A stretch of 39,345 nucleotides of DNA, from the NCBI GenBank assembly GCA_041690595.1, contig JAWLHB010000014.1:124001-163345 (forward strand), written 5' to 3'. The translations under genes were made by a program, and so were the position numbers. Source of the DNA: Lentisphaeria bacterium (GTDB taxonomy: Bacteria; Verrucomicrobiota; Lentisphaeria; JABSQK01; JAWLHB01). The notes below the pieces were generated by a model. It was given only the letters and a program-made list of their open reading frames with translations, had not been told where the DNA came from and did no database searches. Shown here in pieces: positions 18,401-28,144 of the stretch; position 1 is the first letter of the stretch; each line of letters starts with the position of its first letter.

Positions 18401-18997
18401 TTCGCCGCCTATTACGCCACCCATCTGCACGGCGGCAACCGCCGTTTCATCTGGTGGAACTGGATGAATCTCCCGATCGCCCGCAATGAAGTGCGCGCCA
18501 TGTCGCTGCTGCACGACGTCCAGCTGCCCGTCGGCGGCGGCATCGTTCGCTACCATGGCAACCAGATCGGCTACGCGAAAGAGAGCCGTCCGTGGGTGCG
18601 CGTCAACCAGCTGCGGCGCAGCTTCTCCCAGGCGGAGTACCTCCCTTACTGGCAAAGCGCCGTGATCCAAGCGGATACCGAAGGGCTCCTGGCCAGCGCC
18701 TGGCGCCAGGACAGCCGGCTCCTGCTCGTCATCTCCAACCTCGCCACCGAACCGTGGAAAGGCACCCTCTCGCTCGCCCCCGGTCTGCTGGACGACGCCG
18801 CCATGGAGCAGCCCCTCCTCGACGCCATGTTCAACCGCCCCGTCAGCCCGCGGGCCAACCTGCCCATCGCTCTGGAGATCCAGCCGCAGAGTTATCGCCT
18901 CTGGATGATCGGCGAAGCCATACCCTATCTCGATCCACCCCGCTTTGATGGTACCGAAAGCTACCTGCCCCCTCACGAGACACGCATCACACCGTAA
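15428..18997 (+). CDS. Large secreted putative glycoside hydrolase (CBM9/DOMON-like N-terminus, DUF6067/GH123-like C-terminal region), paralog 1
   Basis: Signal peptide MIRYLCSLALIFALSAAA; APTIDG..EEW, YDAEAIYL, DNFEV, WHAELKIPF; EYDG; DGIYLDG; LLHD; YLPYW. ATGA overlap with the lacI stop. The CDS is clear, the family call is tentative. Confidence 0.65.
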   Translation: MIRYLCSLALIFALSAAAQEEAPQRLVPEHWSRQPVLTLPPARPAAPTIDGLVQYEEWYYAASTPGFMDLESMGRPPYPMRMYLTYDAEAIYLGIVIGRHPLHLQPKATFGPGHHDHIWWKDDNFEVVIEPPGANGGYVFVGNAAGGYADLHYHARSGSDATWKGEWEYAASFASRDAWHAELKIPFSQFPDVAPPSVGDIWKMAVMVQQVTPRKQMIDWTHMWSFGQSSYRSPNKAHLRFGGPNDPIVRFSDVGLLRPVKMEGEEEAPTESRRMGMRLILYNQGDAPYTVSCQADLFRAPEQRAAGQHSFHDMWDRLIQVRETGQPLQEPNDPTRAFRSEDDLLRDLNDRYQHLHSQASEHPVPADSPGGYFAVQLPKETGDYVIGFTCRDVETGAVVASQVVPFQVLGRLDISTTPYFLAHEKLGVEVRLANRNDQEKPVRLRLEANGELLDEVEAAPAEANPRPMVYLDTTRWPAGSTATVHGEILDGDQVIDSSSIEVSRPPTPAWFGAGLGTADIVPDPFESVRRDGPMQLSVWKRQFSFGDQGLPLQLQVRDEALLAAPIELAIGGHELNWSAEVVDVRDTRGKLQATGRGDKLNVESTVDLEYDGTARITVTLQPKGPVSLDSLTLRLPVRREYATLFTHTAMHTRFDRLSTQGMGGGVDRWFEAYPDGAMPFTYAFFLGHYDRGIQWFCASDRGWANADENRKIALVKSDGAMTLEIRLIDREVTIDAPLSFTFGLTVTPTRPVYPRNVQRIGAFGYPSELMKTSWEEWDKELAIQRRRGIDVISTYFTNQNEPFGQPYNSSQETLDYMRRFVAKVHEHGMRHRPYNGWGVSTTVPGFEEYGREMLKQPLRNAGWGCYWHFPGQTYTDWWLNGVRQIIEETGSDGIYLDGTVMPELTGNELDGMGWRDADGHSRGSYPVWECRRFLQRLYVMLHHELRRGGIVDLHDGREPLHFVAAFADAQVSGEGHLSRGKTILEVFDTKEFAAYYATHLHGGNRRFIWWNWMNLPIARNEVRAMSLLHDVQLPVGGGIVRYHGNQIGYAKESRPWVRVNQLRRSFSQAEYLPYWQSAVIQADTEGLLASAWRQDSRLLLVISNLATEPWKGTLSLAPGLLDDAAMEQPLLDAMFNRPVSPRANLPIALEIQPQSYRLWMIGEAIPYLDPPRFDGTESYLPPHETRITP

Positions 18998-19006
18998 CAG
19001 GACGCC

Positions 19007-19648
19007 ATGATCATGTTCGACGCATCATCCCCGTGCAGAAGACGTCGCTTCACCCTCATCGAGTTGCTCGTCGTCGTAGCCATAATCGCCATTCTGGCCT
19101 CGATGCTCCTGCCCGCTCTCGGCAAAGCCCGGGAAGCGGCCAGGCAGACGCGCTGCCTCAACAACCTCAAGCAGTTCCACCTCGCCAGCGCTCTCTACGC
19201 CGACGAAAATGACAACATCTTTCCCTTCTACTTCGACGCCAACTACTTCAGCTATGCCGCCGTGCCGCTCAACAAGGCTTTCGCCCCCTTCCTGGGGAAA
19301 GGTGGTTTGGCCGCCACGACGGGCTACGTCGAGCCTTATCTCTGCCCCGGCGACTACAGCCCCTACTTCGGCCACAGCTATGGGGTCAACAGTTATGCCA
19401 TGCGCTACAACCAGCATCGCGAACATCGCTGGACCTCGCCCGGCGAGACCTTCTACATGGCCGACGCCACCACCACCATCATCTTCAACCCCACCTACTT
19501 CGTCATCGAAAACCACAAGGCGGTTGCCTCCATCCTCTTCTTCGACGGGCATGCCGGCACGGGACGCATTCCCTTCGCCGCCAAGCCCGGCGCACCCCCT
19601 ACCAGCGGCCTCTCCGCCCGCTTCTGGGACGCCGAACAACCCCGCTGA
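19007..19648 (+). CDS. DUF1559-type prepilin N-terminal cleavage/methylation protein with H-X9-DG C-terminal motif
   Basis: [68 protein letters not shown]. Confidence 0.9.
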   Translation: MIMFDASSPCRRRRFTLIELLVVVAIIAILASMLLPALGKAREAARQTRCLNNLKQFHLASALYADENDNIFPFYFDANYFSYAAVPLNKAFAPFLGKGGLAATTGYVEPYLCPGDYSPYFGHSYGVNSYAMRYNQHREHRWTSPGETFYMADATTTIIFNPTYFVIENHKAVASILFFDGHAGTGRIPFAAKPGAPPTSGLSARFWDAEQPR

Positions 19649-19686
19649 CGCCGCTATCCCTTACCAGAATATGGCAGAAGGCGAAT

Positions 19687-19741
19687 CGGATCTGGGCGGA
19701 TCGGGCAGATCGGTCGGATCAGGCGGATCGGACGGATCGGG
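19687..19741 (+). repeat. Tandem array of six ~9-bp CGGATCGGN units
   Basis: cggatctggg cggatcggg cagatcggt cggatcagg cggatcgga cggatcggg. Confidence 0.9.
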
Positions 19742-19799
19742 ACGCTTTCCCTTCGCCGCCAAGCCGGGCGCTCCGCCCACCAGCGGCCTTTCCGCCCGA
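19740..19799 (+). pseudogene. 60-bp diverged copy of the 3' coding end of the 19007-19648 gene
   Basis: 53/60 identical to 19562-19621; reads [20 protein letters not shown] versus [20 protein letters not shown]. Confidence 0.85.
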
Positions 19800-19821
19800 C
19801 GTGTTCAGATTATTTTGTTGT

Positions 19822-19855
19822 TAATGTTGCATGCCACTTTTAGCAGCATTATATT
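19822..19855 (+). promoter_or_regulatory. Putative sigma70 promoter of the gntR-led operon with an overlapping inverted repeat
   Basis: TTGCAT (19827-19832), 17-bp spacer, TATATT (19850-19855). Inverted repeat TAATGTTGC (19822-19830) / GCAGCATTA (19843-19851) with 1 mismatch. Confidence 0.55.
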
Positions 19856-19894
19856 GTCAGTATTGAAGTCATCCTGTCGTGGGAGGAGTTGGTT

Positions 19895-21076
19895 GTGGCA
19901 GATCTGGAAAACAGCAAGTGGAGTTTCTCGGTCTCCGATGCATTGCCCCTTTGGCGACAGAGTGCGGAGCACATTCAGGGTCTCATCAATCGGGGCGAGC
20001 TCAAGCCGGGGGATCCTTTGCCCAGCCATGAAGAGCTGGCGCAGATCAGCGGCATTGGTGCCAGCACCCTGCAGAAGGCGTTGAACTGGCTGAGTGCCGA
20101 AGGTCTGATTGTTCGGCACCGGCGTCGCGGCAGTTTTGTGGCCGACAATGCCGATGCCAACAGACCCGCGTGGATCGGGGTGATGACGCGAGCAATGTTC
20201 GACCCCAGCATCTCCAAGTGGGATATGGTAGGGGCGCGAGCCTTGATCGACGTGCTGGCAGACGAGGGGGTTGAGTTCCGCTTCTACCACAACCGTTATC
20301 TGCCTACCGGCGCGGATGCCGACAGCCAGGATATCGCCACGACGCTGATCGAAGACGTGGATGCGGGACGGGTGCGGGGGCTGCTGGTGATCGGTGCCAT
20401 TCCCGCCAATCATCCGGAATTCCGAAAGACCCTCAAAAGCAAGTGTATCCCACTGGTCGAGCTGACTTCCAGAGGAAGGGAGACCCAGTTCGTCGTCGAG
20501 TTCGACCGCGCGGGTTTTCTGCGCCGGGCTTTGGAGTTGGCAGGCGAGCGCAGGTGCCGGAGCGTCGGGTTGATCGATTCGCTGGGCATCGACGAGCAAA
20601 CGCCCCTGAAGAAAGCATTCGACCAGCAATTGGTGGCGAGCGAGTTGGTCACGTCATCGAACTGGACGATATCCGTCGACTGGCCGGCGAGCACGGTGAA
20701 GGGTTTTGTGGCCATGCAGCGCTTGCGCGCCGGTAGCGAGCAGCTGCCCGATGCCCTGGTCATCACCGACGAGTATGTTGCTCTGGGGGTGGCACAGGCC
20801 TGCCTGGCCGGCGGAGTGCGTGTGCCCGAAGATCTCCTCCTGATCAGTTACTTCACAGAGGGCGCGGATATCGCCTATCCGTTACCGGTGATGACCATCC
20901 ATTTCAGCCCTGACCAGCTCATGCAGCAGGGCTGGGCCATGCTCAAGGCCCGCATCGACGGCGAGTTGATCCGCCAGCGCAGCGTGCGGATACCGCCGAG
21001 CAGCACCCAGCTTGTTTCCGGTTATGCCACAGCATGCAAGACGCCATCCTCACACCCACAGGGAGCCCCGATATGA
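19895..21076 (+). CDS. GntR wHTH plus LacI-type sugar-binding domain regulator (AraR-like architecture)
   Basis: PLWRQ...[16 protein letters not shown]...[18 protein letters not shown]-terminal [14 protein letters not shown]...VRVPEDL. AGGAG RBS before GTG 19895. Confidence 0.9.
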   Translation: MADLENSKWSFSVSDALPLWRQSAEHIQGLINRGELKPGDPLPSHEELAQISGIGASTLQKALNWLSAEGLIVRHRRRGSFVADNADANRPAWIGVMTRAMFDPSISKWDMVGARALIDVLADEGVEFRFYHNRYLPTGADADSQDIATTLIEDVDAGRVRGLLVIGAIPANHPEFRKTLKSKCIPLVELTSRGRETQFVVEFDRAGFLRRALELAGERRCRSVGLIDSLGIDEQTPLKKAFDQQLVASELVTSSNWTISVDWPASTVKGFVAMQRLRAGSEQLPDALVITDEYVALGVAQACLAGGVRVPEDLLLISYFTEGADIAYPLPVMTIHFSPDQLMQQGWAMLKARIDGELIRQRSVRIPPSSTQLVSGYATACKTPSSHPQGAPI

Positions 21077-21879
21077 ACGTGACGAAGACCTCCATGTTTA
21101 CGCTGATCGAACTACTGGTGGTGGTAGCGATTATTGCGATTCTGGCCAGCATGCTGCTGCCAGCCTTGAGCAAGACGCGCCAGAAGGCACGGCGCATCAG
21201 CTGCCTCAACAACATGAAGCAGATTGGGCTTGCCTATGCCATGTATGCAGGAGACGAGGACGACAGTTTGCCCGCCCGCTGGGGGTTTGCCGCCGTCGAG
21301 ACCGCCCCCATCAGCAACACCAGCCATTACGGCCACACCGCCTGGTATCCCACCCCCAACGACTACAATCCCCTCGGACGCTTGTTGCAGGGCTACCGGT
21401 CCGGCAGTGGCCGCTATCTGAACACCATGGATGTTCTATGGTGCCCGGGCACGAAGGATTATAACTGGGGCATGATGAACCTGAAGCAGATCACCAGCAA
21501 CTTCGAAGCGAATGGGGGCCGCGTCTGGCTACCTTACAGCGTTAACACTCTGCATGGCACCAACAACGACCGGGGAACCGGCACCCCCGGCCCATACTCC
21601 GCCACCGGAGGGCGCGGCAAGCTCAGCGCCTGTGCCGATCTCGACCTGATTTGTGCCACCGAGACCTGGAACCTCAATCCAGCCCTGCTGTTCTTGAATC
21701 ATCCGGACGCTGCGTCGTTCCCTGCCGGCTTCAACGTGCTTGGGTTCGATGGGTCGGCCAAATGGGTCTCCAATGCGAGGCACGACATCGCCAACTACAC
21801 CTCGAACTACCAAACCTTCCACCAGTCGACGTGGTGGCGCTCGAACATCTGGTCCTACCGCATGGCGGAGCTGCCATGA
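21073..21879 (+). CDS. DUF1559-type prepilin N-terminal cleavage/methylation protein
   Basis: [52 protein letters not shown]...[16 protein letters not shown] overlaps at both ends. Confidence 0.9.
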   Translation: MNVTKTSMFTLIELLVVVAIIAILASMLLPALSKTRQKARRISCLNNMKQIGLAYAMYAGDEDDSLPARWGFAAVETAPISNTSHYGHTAWYPTPNDYNPLGRLLQGYRSGSGRYLNTMDVLWCPGTKDYNWGMMNLKQITSNFEANGGRVWLPYSVNTLHGTNNDRGTGTPGPYSATGGRGKLSACADLDLICATETWNLNPALLFLNHPDAASFPAGFNVLGFDGSAKWVSNARHDIANYTSNYQTFHQSTWWRSNIWSYRMAELP

Positions 21880-24512
21880 CGACGGCCGCCAATCTCGCTG
21901 CTCCCCGCTCACTGCGTGTCAACGGCCTGCCGAACCCGCTCGGCATCGATGCGTCGACGCGCCGCCTGAGCTGGCTGCTGCCCTGGGATCGGGCTGGAGC
22001 AACGCCTTCGGCCGTGCGGGTGGTTCTGGCCGCCGATCGCGACCACCTGACCAAAGGCCCCTGGCTGCTCGACAGCGGTAAATGTCCCGCGGCTCAGAGC
22101 GAAAGCGATATCGCCTTCACGGAGCGGCGGGAGCATGCCAGCCGCCGTCGCGTCTGGTGGCAGGTGATGGCATGGGACGAAGCCGACCGGCCATCCTGCT
22201 GGAGCGAACCCGCTTTCTACGAGATGGGGCTGCTGTCGGCCGACGATTGGCATAGTCCCTGGATTGCCGCGCCGGGAGTGCCCCTGCCGTTGTTACGCTG
22301 TGCCTTTGTGCTGGACGGCCCGGTTGCCGATATCCTGCGCGCCCGCCTTTACATCAGCGGCCTGGGCCTCTACCAGGCCTGGCTGAACGGCCAGCAGGTG
22401 GGCGAGACCGCACGCGCTCCCGACTACACCGATTACTGGAAACGCATCGCCTATGCCACCCATACCGTCGAGACCGACCTGCTGGAGGGGGAAAACGTCC
22501 TCGGCATCGCGCTGGGGTATGGCTGGTTCGAACGCTTCGCCTACGGCGACAGCATGGCCCGCTGCCAGCTCGAGATCGATTACCGCGACGGCACCCGCCA
22601 GCTTCTCGGCGCCAAGGCGCAGCGCTGGCAGGCTGCACCTGGCCCGTGGCGCTCGGCCGATCCGTATCGGGGTGAGAGCTACGATGCTCGCCTGGAGCGG
22701 CCAGGCTGGAACCGCCCCGGCTATGCGGGGGCTGAGGATTGGGGCCCGGTCAGCATCGCGCACAGCGCCCCCGACGGCGCCATGTGCGGCCTTGTGTGTG
22801 AACCCATCCGCGTGACCGAGACGTTGCCCCCAGTGGCCAGCCGCGAGATCCGACCCGGCGTCCACGTGGTGGATTTCGGCCAGAACCTCACTGGCTGGGC
22901 AAGACTTTCGGTGGAAGGTCATTTGGGTACGCAGGTGCGGATGCGCTTTGCGGAGGTGTGCGCCGAGGACGGCAGCGTCTTTCAGGCGAGCATGCGCGGG
23001 GCGGAATGCACCGATCGTTACGTACTCAGGGGGGAGGGTCCGGAAATCTGGGAGCCGTCGTTCACCCACCGCGGCTTCCGCTATGTTCAGGTCGAGGGCT
23101 TCCCGGCGCTACCGGCCGTCTGGTCAGTTGAAGGGCGGGCAGCGCATACGGACATGCCGCGTCGCGGGCACTTCGCCTGCTCGGACGAACGGCTCAACCG
23201 GTTGCACCGCGCCATCGACTGGACCATCCGGGACAACACCATGAGCGTGACGACCGATTGCCCGCAGCGCGACGAGCGGCAGGGTTGGCTCGGGGACGGT
23301 CACCTGATAGCCGAAACGCTCCTGCACCACTTCGACGGGACCGCGTTTCATCGCAAGTGGCTGCGTGACATCCGCGAAACGCAGGACGAAGCCGGCAACC
23401 GCTGGGGCGCCTGCGCTCCGCCGTGGTACAGCTGCGGCAGGCGCCGGAAACCACACCGCTACCGGCAACAGGCGGACCTCGTCTGGACGGCCGCCGGCAC
23501 GCTGATTCCCTGGGAGAACTATCTCCACCACGGCGACCGGGCGGCGCTGGATGAATCGGCGCCTGCCATTCTGGCCCACACGCGCTACCTGGCTGGCCGC
23601 CCAGACTTTCCGCTGATCGACGCGGTCGATATCGGAGACCACCTCTTTGTGGGCTGGGGAAAAGAGAAAGACCCCACCGACTATCTCCTGCTAGGAAGCG
23701 CCTTCGCGCTGGAACAGACCCGTATTGCTGGCCGCGTGGCGGAGCTGCGGGGCGATCGGACCGGGGCACGGGAGTGCGAGGTCTGGACGGAAGCCTACAG
23801 GCAGGCACTGGCGGTGCGCTTCTACGATAACGCCACCGGCGGCTTCGGCAGTCAGACCGCTGACGCTCTGGCGCTGCAGTTCGACTTTTCGCCGGACCGC
23901 GGCCGGACACTGGCGCACCTCGTGGCGGACATCGAGGCACGCGGCGGGCATCTTGCCACGGGCATCGTCGGCACCCGCTATCTGCTGGAAGCGCTAAGCG
24001 CCAACGGGCGTTTCGATGTGGCCTGGCGAGTGGTGACCGCGGAAGGCTATCCTGGGTGGATGGAGATGCTCAAGAACGGGGCGACCACCATAACCGAGCG
24101 CTGGAGCTACTGGGACAACTGGGAGATGAACTCCCACAACCACCCGGCCCTGGGTTCCGTCGGCGCCTGGCTCTTCCGCTGGCTGGCGGGGATCCGGCTC
24201 GATCCCGACGCGCCTGGCTACCGGCACTTCCACATCGCACCGGAGTTGCCGGATGGGCTCGACTGGGCGGAGGCCGAACTCCAGACAGTGCGTGGTCGCG
24301 TGGCCTCCCGCTGGGAGCGTGACGGCGAGAGCGTGCGCCTGCGGGTGACGGTTCCTGCCGGCGCCACGGCGACCGTGCAATGGCCCGGCGAATCCGCGTC
24401 CAGCCCGCGGAGGCTGGAGTGTGGGACACACGACTTGAAGAGGCCTTTGTTGGACATGCAAGCGATACTGGACATGGGAGTGGACGATGCCGATTCCCGC
24501 AAACAGAAGTAG
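21876..24512 (+). CDS. GH78 alpha-L-rhamnosidase-like glycoside hydrolase
   Basis: [58 protein letters not shown] and NSHNH motifs. ATG 21876 overlaps the upstream stop. No signal peptide seen. Confidence 0.92.
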   Translation: MTTAANLAAPRSLRVNGLPNPLGIDASTRRLSWLLPWDRAGATPSAVRVVLAADRDHLTKGPWLLDSGKCPAAQSESDIAFTERREHASRRRVWWQVMAWDEADRPSCWSEPAFYEMGLLSADDWHSPWIAAPGVPLPLLRCAFVLDGPVADILRARLYISGLGLYQAWLNGQQVGETARAPDYTDYWKRIAYATHTVETDLLEGENVLGIALGYGWFERFAYGDSMARCQLEIDYRDGTRQLLGAKAQRWQAAPGPWRSADPYRGESYDARLERPGWNRPGYAGAEDWGPVSIAHSAPDGAMCGLVCEPIRVTETLPPVASREIRPGVHVVDFGQNLTGWARLSVEGHLGTQVRMRFAEVCAEDGSVFQASMRGAECTDRYVLRGEGPEIWEPSFTHRGFRYVQVEGFPALPAVWSVEGRAAHTDMPRRGHFACSDERLNRLHRAIDWTIRDNTMSVTTDCPQRDERQGWLGDGHLIAETLLHHFDGTAFHRKWLRDIRETQDEAGNRWGACAPPWYSCGRRRKPHRYRQQADLVWTAAGTLIPWENYLHHGDRAALDESAPAILAHTRYLAGRPDFPLIDAVDIGDHLFVGWGKEKDPTDYLLLGSAFALEQTRIAGRVAELRGDRTGARECEVWTEAYRQALAVRFYDNATGGFGSQTADALALQFDFSPDRGRTLAHLVADIEARGGHLATGIVGTRYLLEALSANGRFDVAWRVVTAEGYPGWMEMLKNGATTITERWSYWDNWEMNSHNHPALGSVGAWLFRWLAGIRLDPDAPGYRHFHIAPELPDGLDWAEAELQTVRGRVASRWERDGESVRLRVTVPAGATATVQWPGESASSPRRLECGTHDLKRPLLDMQAILDMGVDDADSRKQK

Positions 24513-24525
24513 AAGGAGCCACGTC

Positions 24526-27500
24526 TTGAAAAGCAGAAGCAAAATGGTGACATTCCGGTCCATGGTGGTCGCGGCAACTGCATGGCTGGCAGTCACATCG
24601 CTGTTGGCGGCAGAGACGCCCAAACAGGGAACAGGGGAGGCGGACGATCCGCGCCCGTATCTCAGAGTACCGTTCCTGGCCTCGCAGCCAACCATGAATG
24701 GCGAGATCGCACCCGGCGAATGGGACATGGCAGCACGGGTTACCGGATTCGGGAATTACAATCAGGGCGCGCTGGTACCGGAAGAGCTCCAACCATCCTG
24801 GCGGCTCGCCTTCGATGAGAAGAACCTTTATCTGGTCAGCGAGTGGCCGCTATACCCCGCTGGTTCGATCAAGGCGCGCAACAAACGGGGCGACGAAGGC
24901 GGCAGCAATCCTGGTGCGACTGGTTGGCCGGACGGCCTTCTGGGCGATGACCATGTGGAAATCGAGATCAGTCCATGGCCAGACCCGAACATGGCGCGGA
25001 CGAGCCATTTCTATAAGCTGATGGCGAACCCGTATGGCGCGATCGTCGACCAGCGCCGCGAAGATGCCGTCGGCTGGGACGGCTTCGAATGGGAGTCCGG
25101 CGCCGAGATTGGCTGCAAGATCCAGAACTCGATATGGACGATGGAGTTGGCCATCCCATGGGCGAGCATCGGTTTCACGGAGGCGCCTGCAGATGGCACG
25201 GCACTGACCGTACAACTGGTGAACGCCTCGGATTCCGAGCAGGCCTATCTTGGCTGGGTGCCGCAGAGCTGGCGGGCTTTCACAACCTTCGCCACGATCG
25301 TCCTCGACCGCACCGTGCCGGCCGTGCGGATTGACCGGCTGGGAGAGCTGATGGACGGAAAAGTGGCGCTGTCTGGAGCGATTTCGAACGCGGGGGATAA
25401 GGCCCAAACCTGTGCCGTCGAGCTGGTTGTGGAGCACCCGGACAAAGGCGAGATCTTTCGCCGCCGGACGGCGCTTCAGCTGCCCGCCGGGGGTGAAGCG
25501 GCGCTGGCTATGGAGGAAGGGCTGAAGCTGGAACAGGCCGAAGACATTCTGTGGGGCAAAGGCTCGCAACTGCGCAACCGCTCGACCTACCGCTACCGGC
25601 TCGCCGTGCTGGACGAGCAGGATCGGCCGCTCTACCGCCAGACCCAGCGCTTCTTCAAGCGTCCCGCCGACCTGCAGGTGGCCCTTTTCGACTTTCTGGC
25701 CTCATCGCGCGGGGTGTCCGGCGAGCCAGCCATCACGACCGCCTATCTGCCGAGCTACGATAGGTGCGAGGTCAGCGTGGATGTCGACATCCTCGGCATC
25801 AAAGCGGAGCTGCGGGCGGCGAAAACGGTGGAGGTGGTGGTCGAACGGCTGGTCTCGAACAACCGGCAGCCCAATGTGGCGGGGACGACTTATCGTCTGG
25901 CGCGGCATGTCGAAGCCATCCCGGCATCCGGTCTGGCGGAGTTCATCATGGAGGTGCCTGCGCTGCCGCTCGGCTCCTACGGGTTCTTTACGCGCCTGCT
26001 GGACGAGAAGGGCAAGGTGCTGTTCACCAAGATGGACGCGTTCAAGCGTCATCGGTTCGAGTGGGAAGGGAACACCTTGGGCAAAGGAGAGGTGGTGATT
26101 CCTCCCTGGACCCCGATCTCGGTCAAAGGGCGGACTCTCGGCGTCTGGGGCCGCGAGATCACCCTTGGCGAAAACGGTCTTCCGGCGTCGATCAAGAGCC
26201 AGGGCGATGAGTTGCTGGCCACGCCCATGCAACTCGAGGGGGAGATCGGTGGCCGCCTTGCATCCTGGCAGACAGAGGCACCATGTCAGGTCACGAGGGC
26301 TGAACCTGGCGTGATCGAGACCCGGGCGGAGGGAAGGTTCGGTGAGCTGCCGGTGACGGTTGAAACCCGCACCGAATACGATGGCTTCACCGTGGTGACC
26401 CTGACTCTGCGCCCCGAGGGGCGGGTCAATCTGGGCTCGATGCGCCTGGCGATTCCCCTCGCCGAACCGGTGGACACGGTTTCGATCATCGGCGGCAGCG
26501 GGCGGATGCCCGATCTATACGGGGAGTTTCCGGCGGGCGAAGGGGTCCTCTGGGGCACGGCAAAGAGCCTGCCCAATACGGCCGGGATTCACGGCAAGTA
26601 CATCGCCGCGGCGTATCTGGGCAACGGTGAGCGCGGCCTCAGCTATACCTGCTGGAGCGACCAGGGCTGGATGCTCGACGATGCCAAAGACACCGCCGAT
26701 CTGCGGCGGGTCAACGGCGTGGCACATCTGGTGCTGCACCTGGCCAACACTGCCTGGACGCTCGACGCGACGCGGACGCTCTGCTTTGCGCTGCAGGCGA
26801 CGCCCGTCCGCCCCCTCACCCCCGGCTATCGCACCGACAACAACCCACTGTCCGAGGCACGCCACGACCCGCGTCGACCGCTCGACACAGCCGCCATTGG
26901 CGCCGGATGGCTTTCCTGCTATGGTGGCGCACCGGGGACGGATCAGTTGACCATTTACGATGAGACGGACTGGGCCAGCATGCGCGATCTGGTTCTGCGC
27001 TACAAGCGCGACGCCTGGCCGAAGTACGACCGCCTCATCCTGAACTACACGGCGTCCAATACGCTGGGTCTGGGCATGCGTGAATACGAGACATACGCCG
27101 GCGAATGGGCTTTTCAGACCGAGTTGAAACCCAACCCGGCCGTGGCTCACGGGTACTACAACGAATTTGGGCGTTTCGGTACGCGGCAGCAGACTCGCGT
27201 ACGCTGCGATCTGGTGCCCAGCGCGGTGGACATGCGTGTCTGGGCCTTCGACCAGATGCAGAAGAGGGCCGGCCTGAACGGCTACTGGTGGGATCATGAA
27301 GCTTACTGGAGCAGCGCCAGTCTCATCCGTGGTACCGCGTATGTCCGCGACGACGGGAAGGTCCAGGGGATCCTCAACATTCCGCTGTTCCGGGAGATGT
27401 TCAAGCGCATGGCCACGGTCTCCCACCAGAACGGGATGTTCAATGTTCAGGGACGCTATCCACACAGCGGCAACGTGCCCGCGATCAACGGCTACTGCAG

Positions 27501-28113
27501 CTACCTGTGGGCTACGGAAGGCCCCTGGTACACGCCCAACCTGGCCTTCGACCAGTATGATACGGTCGGCAGCCTGGCAGGCTACCGCGCCTTGGTCGGG
27601 CGCTGGCTGGGGGTCCCGATTACGATCAGATCGTCGATTCAGGATCGCGATTTCAAACTCAAGGAGGGGGAGCGGCCGTATCAGTCGCGCTGCAGCATTG
27701 GGCTGGCCCTCCTGCACGACGTGGGATTGAGTGGCATGCATCCCGAACTATCACGCCAGACGGCCCGCGCCCTCGATGGCATGGACGTCTTCGATGACGA
27801 ACGCACCGAGTGGGTACCCTACTGGCGCAGTGGTCAACTGGCTGTACCGGAAGAGGAGGAGACCGTTGTGACGGCCTACATCAACCGTCCCAAGCGCGGC
27901 GAGATCGAGGCTCTGGCGGTCGTCTTCAATACCCGCAAGGAGACCAGGCAAATGACGGTGGCCCTCCGTGGCGACACGTTGCTGGGCCGGCCGATCCGGG
28001 AGTGCCTGGACCTGGAAACAGGAAAGGCGCTGGAGGCTCGGCAGTCGGAGGGCAACGCCACCGTCTCGCTGGCCTTGGACGGTCGCGACTACCGGCTCAT
28101 TCACGTCAGATAG
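24526..28113 (+). CDS. Large secreted putative glycoside hydrolase, paralog 2
   Basis: AAGGAG RBS then TTG 24526 (alternative ATG 24544); signal peptide ending AVTSLLA; PTMNG..GEW, FDEKNLYL, DHVEI, WTMELAIPW; IPPWTP, WGRE, EYDG; NGYWWD; LLHD; VPYW. Confidence 0.65.
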   Translation: MKSRSKMVTFRSMVVAATAWLAVTSLLAAETPKQGTGEADDPRPYLRVPFLASQPTMNGEIAPGEWDMAARVTGFGNYNQGALVPEELQPSWRLAFDEKNLYLVSEWPLYPAGSIKARNKRGDEGGSNPGATGWPDGLLGDDHVEIEISPWPDPNMARTSHFYKLMANPYGAIVDQRREDAVGWDGFEWESGAEIGCKIQNSIWTMELAIPWASIGFTEAPADGTALTVQLVNASDSEQAYLGWVPQSWRAFTTFATIVLDRTVPAVRIDRLGELMDGKVALSGAISNAGDKAQTCAVELVVEHPDKGEIFRRRTALQLPAGGEAALAMEEGLKLEQAEDILWGKGSQLRNRSTYRYRLAVLDEQDRPLYRQTQRFFKRPADLQVALFDFLASSRGVSGEPAITTAYLPSYDRCEVSVDVDILGIKAELRAAKTVEVVVERLVSNNRQPNVAGTTYRLARHVEAIPASGLAEFIMEVPALPLGSYGFFTRLLDEKGKVLFTKMDAFKRHRFEWEGNTLGKGEVVIPPWTPISVKGRTLGVWGREITLGENGLPASIKSQGDELLATPMQLEGEIGGRLASWQTEAPCQVTRAEPGVIETRAEGRFGELPVTVETRTEYDGFTVVTLTLRPEGRVNLGSMRLAIPLAEPVDTVSIIGGSGRMPDLYGEFPAGEGVLWGTAKSLPNTAGIHGKYIAAAYLGNGERGLSYTCWSDQGWMLDDAKDTADLRRVNGVAHLVLHLANTAWTLDATRTLCFALQATPVRPLTPGYRTDNNPLSEARHDPRRPLDTAAIGAGWLSCYGGAPGTDQLTIYDETDWASMRDLVLRYKRDAWPKYDRLILNYTASNTLGLGMREYETYAGEWAFQTELKPNPAVAHGYYNEFGRFGTRQQTRVRCDLVPSAVDMRVWAFDQMQKRAGLNGYWWDHEAYWSSASLIRGTAYVRDDGKVQGILNIPLFREMFKRMATVSHQNGMFNVQGRYPHSGNVPAINGYCSYLWATEGPWYTPNLAFDQYDTVGSLAGYRALVGRWLGVPITIRSSIQDRDFKLKEGERPYQSRCSIGLALLHDVGLSGMHPELSRQTARALDGMDVFDDERTEWVPYWRSGQLAVPEEEETVVTAYINRPKRGEIEALAVVFNTRKETRQMTVALRGDTLLGRPIRECLDLETGKALEARQSEGNATVSLALDGRDYRLIHVR

Positions 28114-28144
28114 CCCAGCCAAACCGAAGAGGAGCACTCCTGCC

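Noticed and set aside
15290..18976. 1228-aa minus-strand ORF
   Set aside because: Antisense shadow of the plus-strand hydrolase, which has a signal peptide, paralogs and operon coupling. Long shadow ORFs are expected in GC-rich, codon-biased genes.
19687..19741. Possible CRISPR array (also 31953-31988)
   Set aside because: Units are 9 bp with no spacers, and no cas genes are present.
19562..19799. Possible diversity-generating retroelement VR/TR pair
   Set aside because: Mismatches are not adenine-specific in either copy, they are mostly synonymous, and no reverse transcriptase is in the window.
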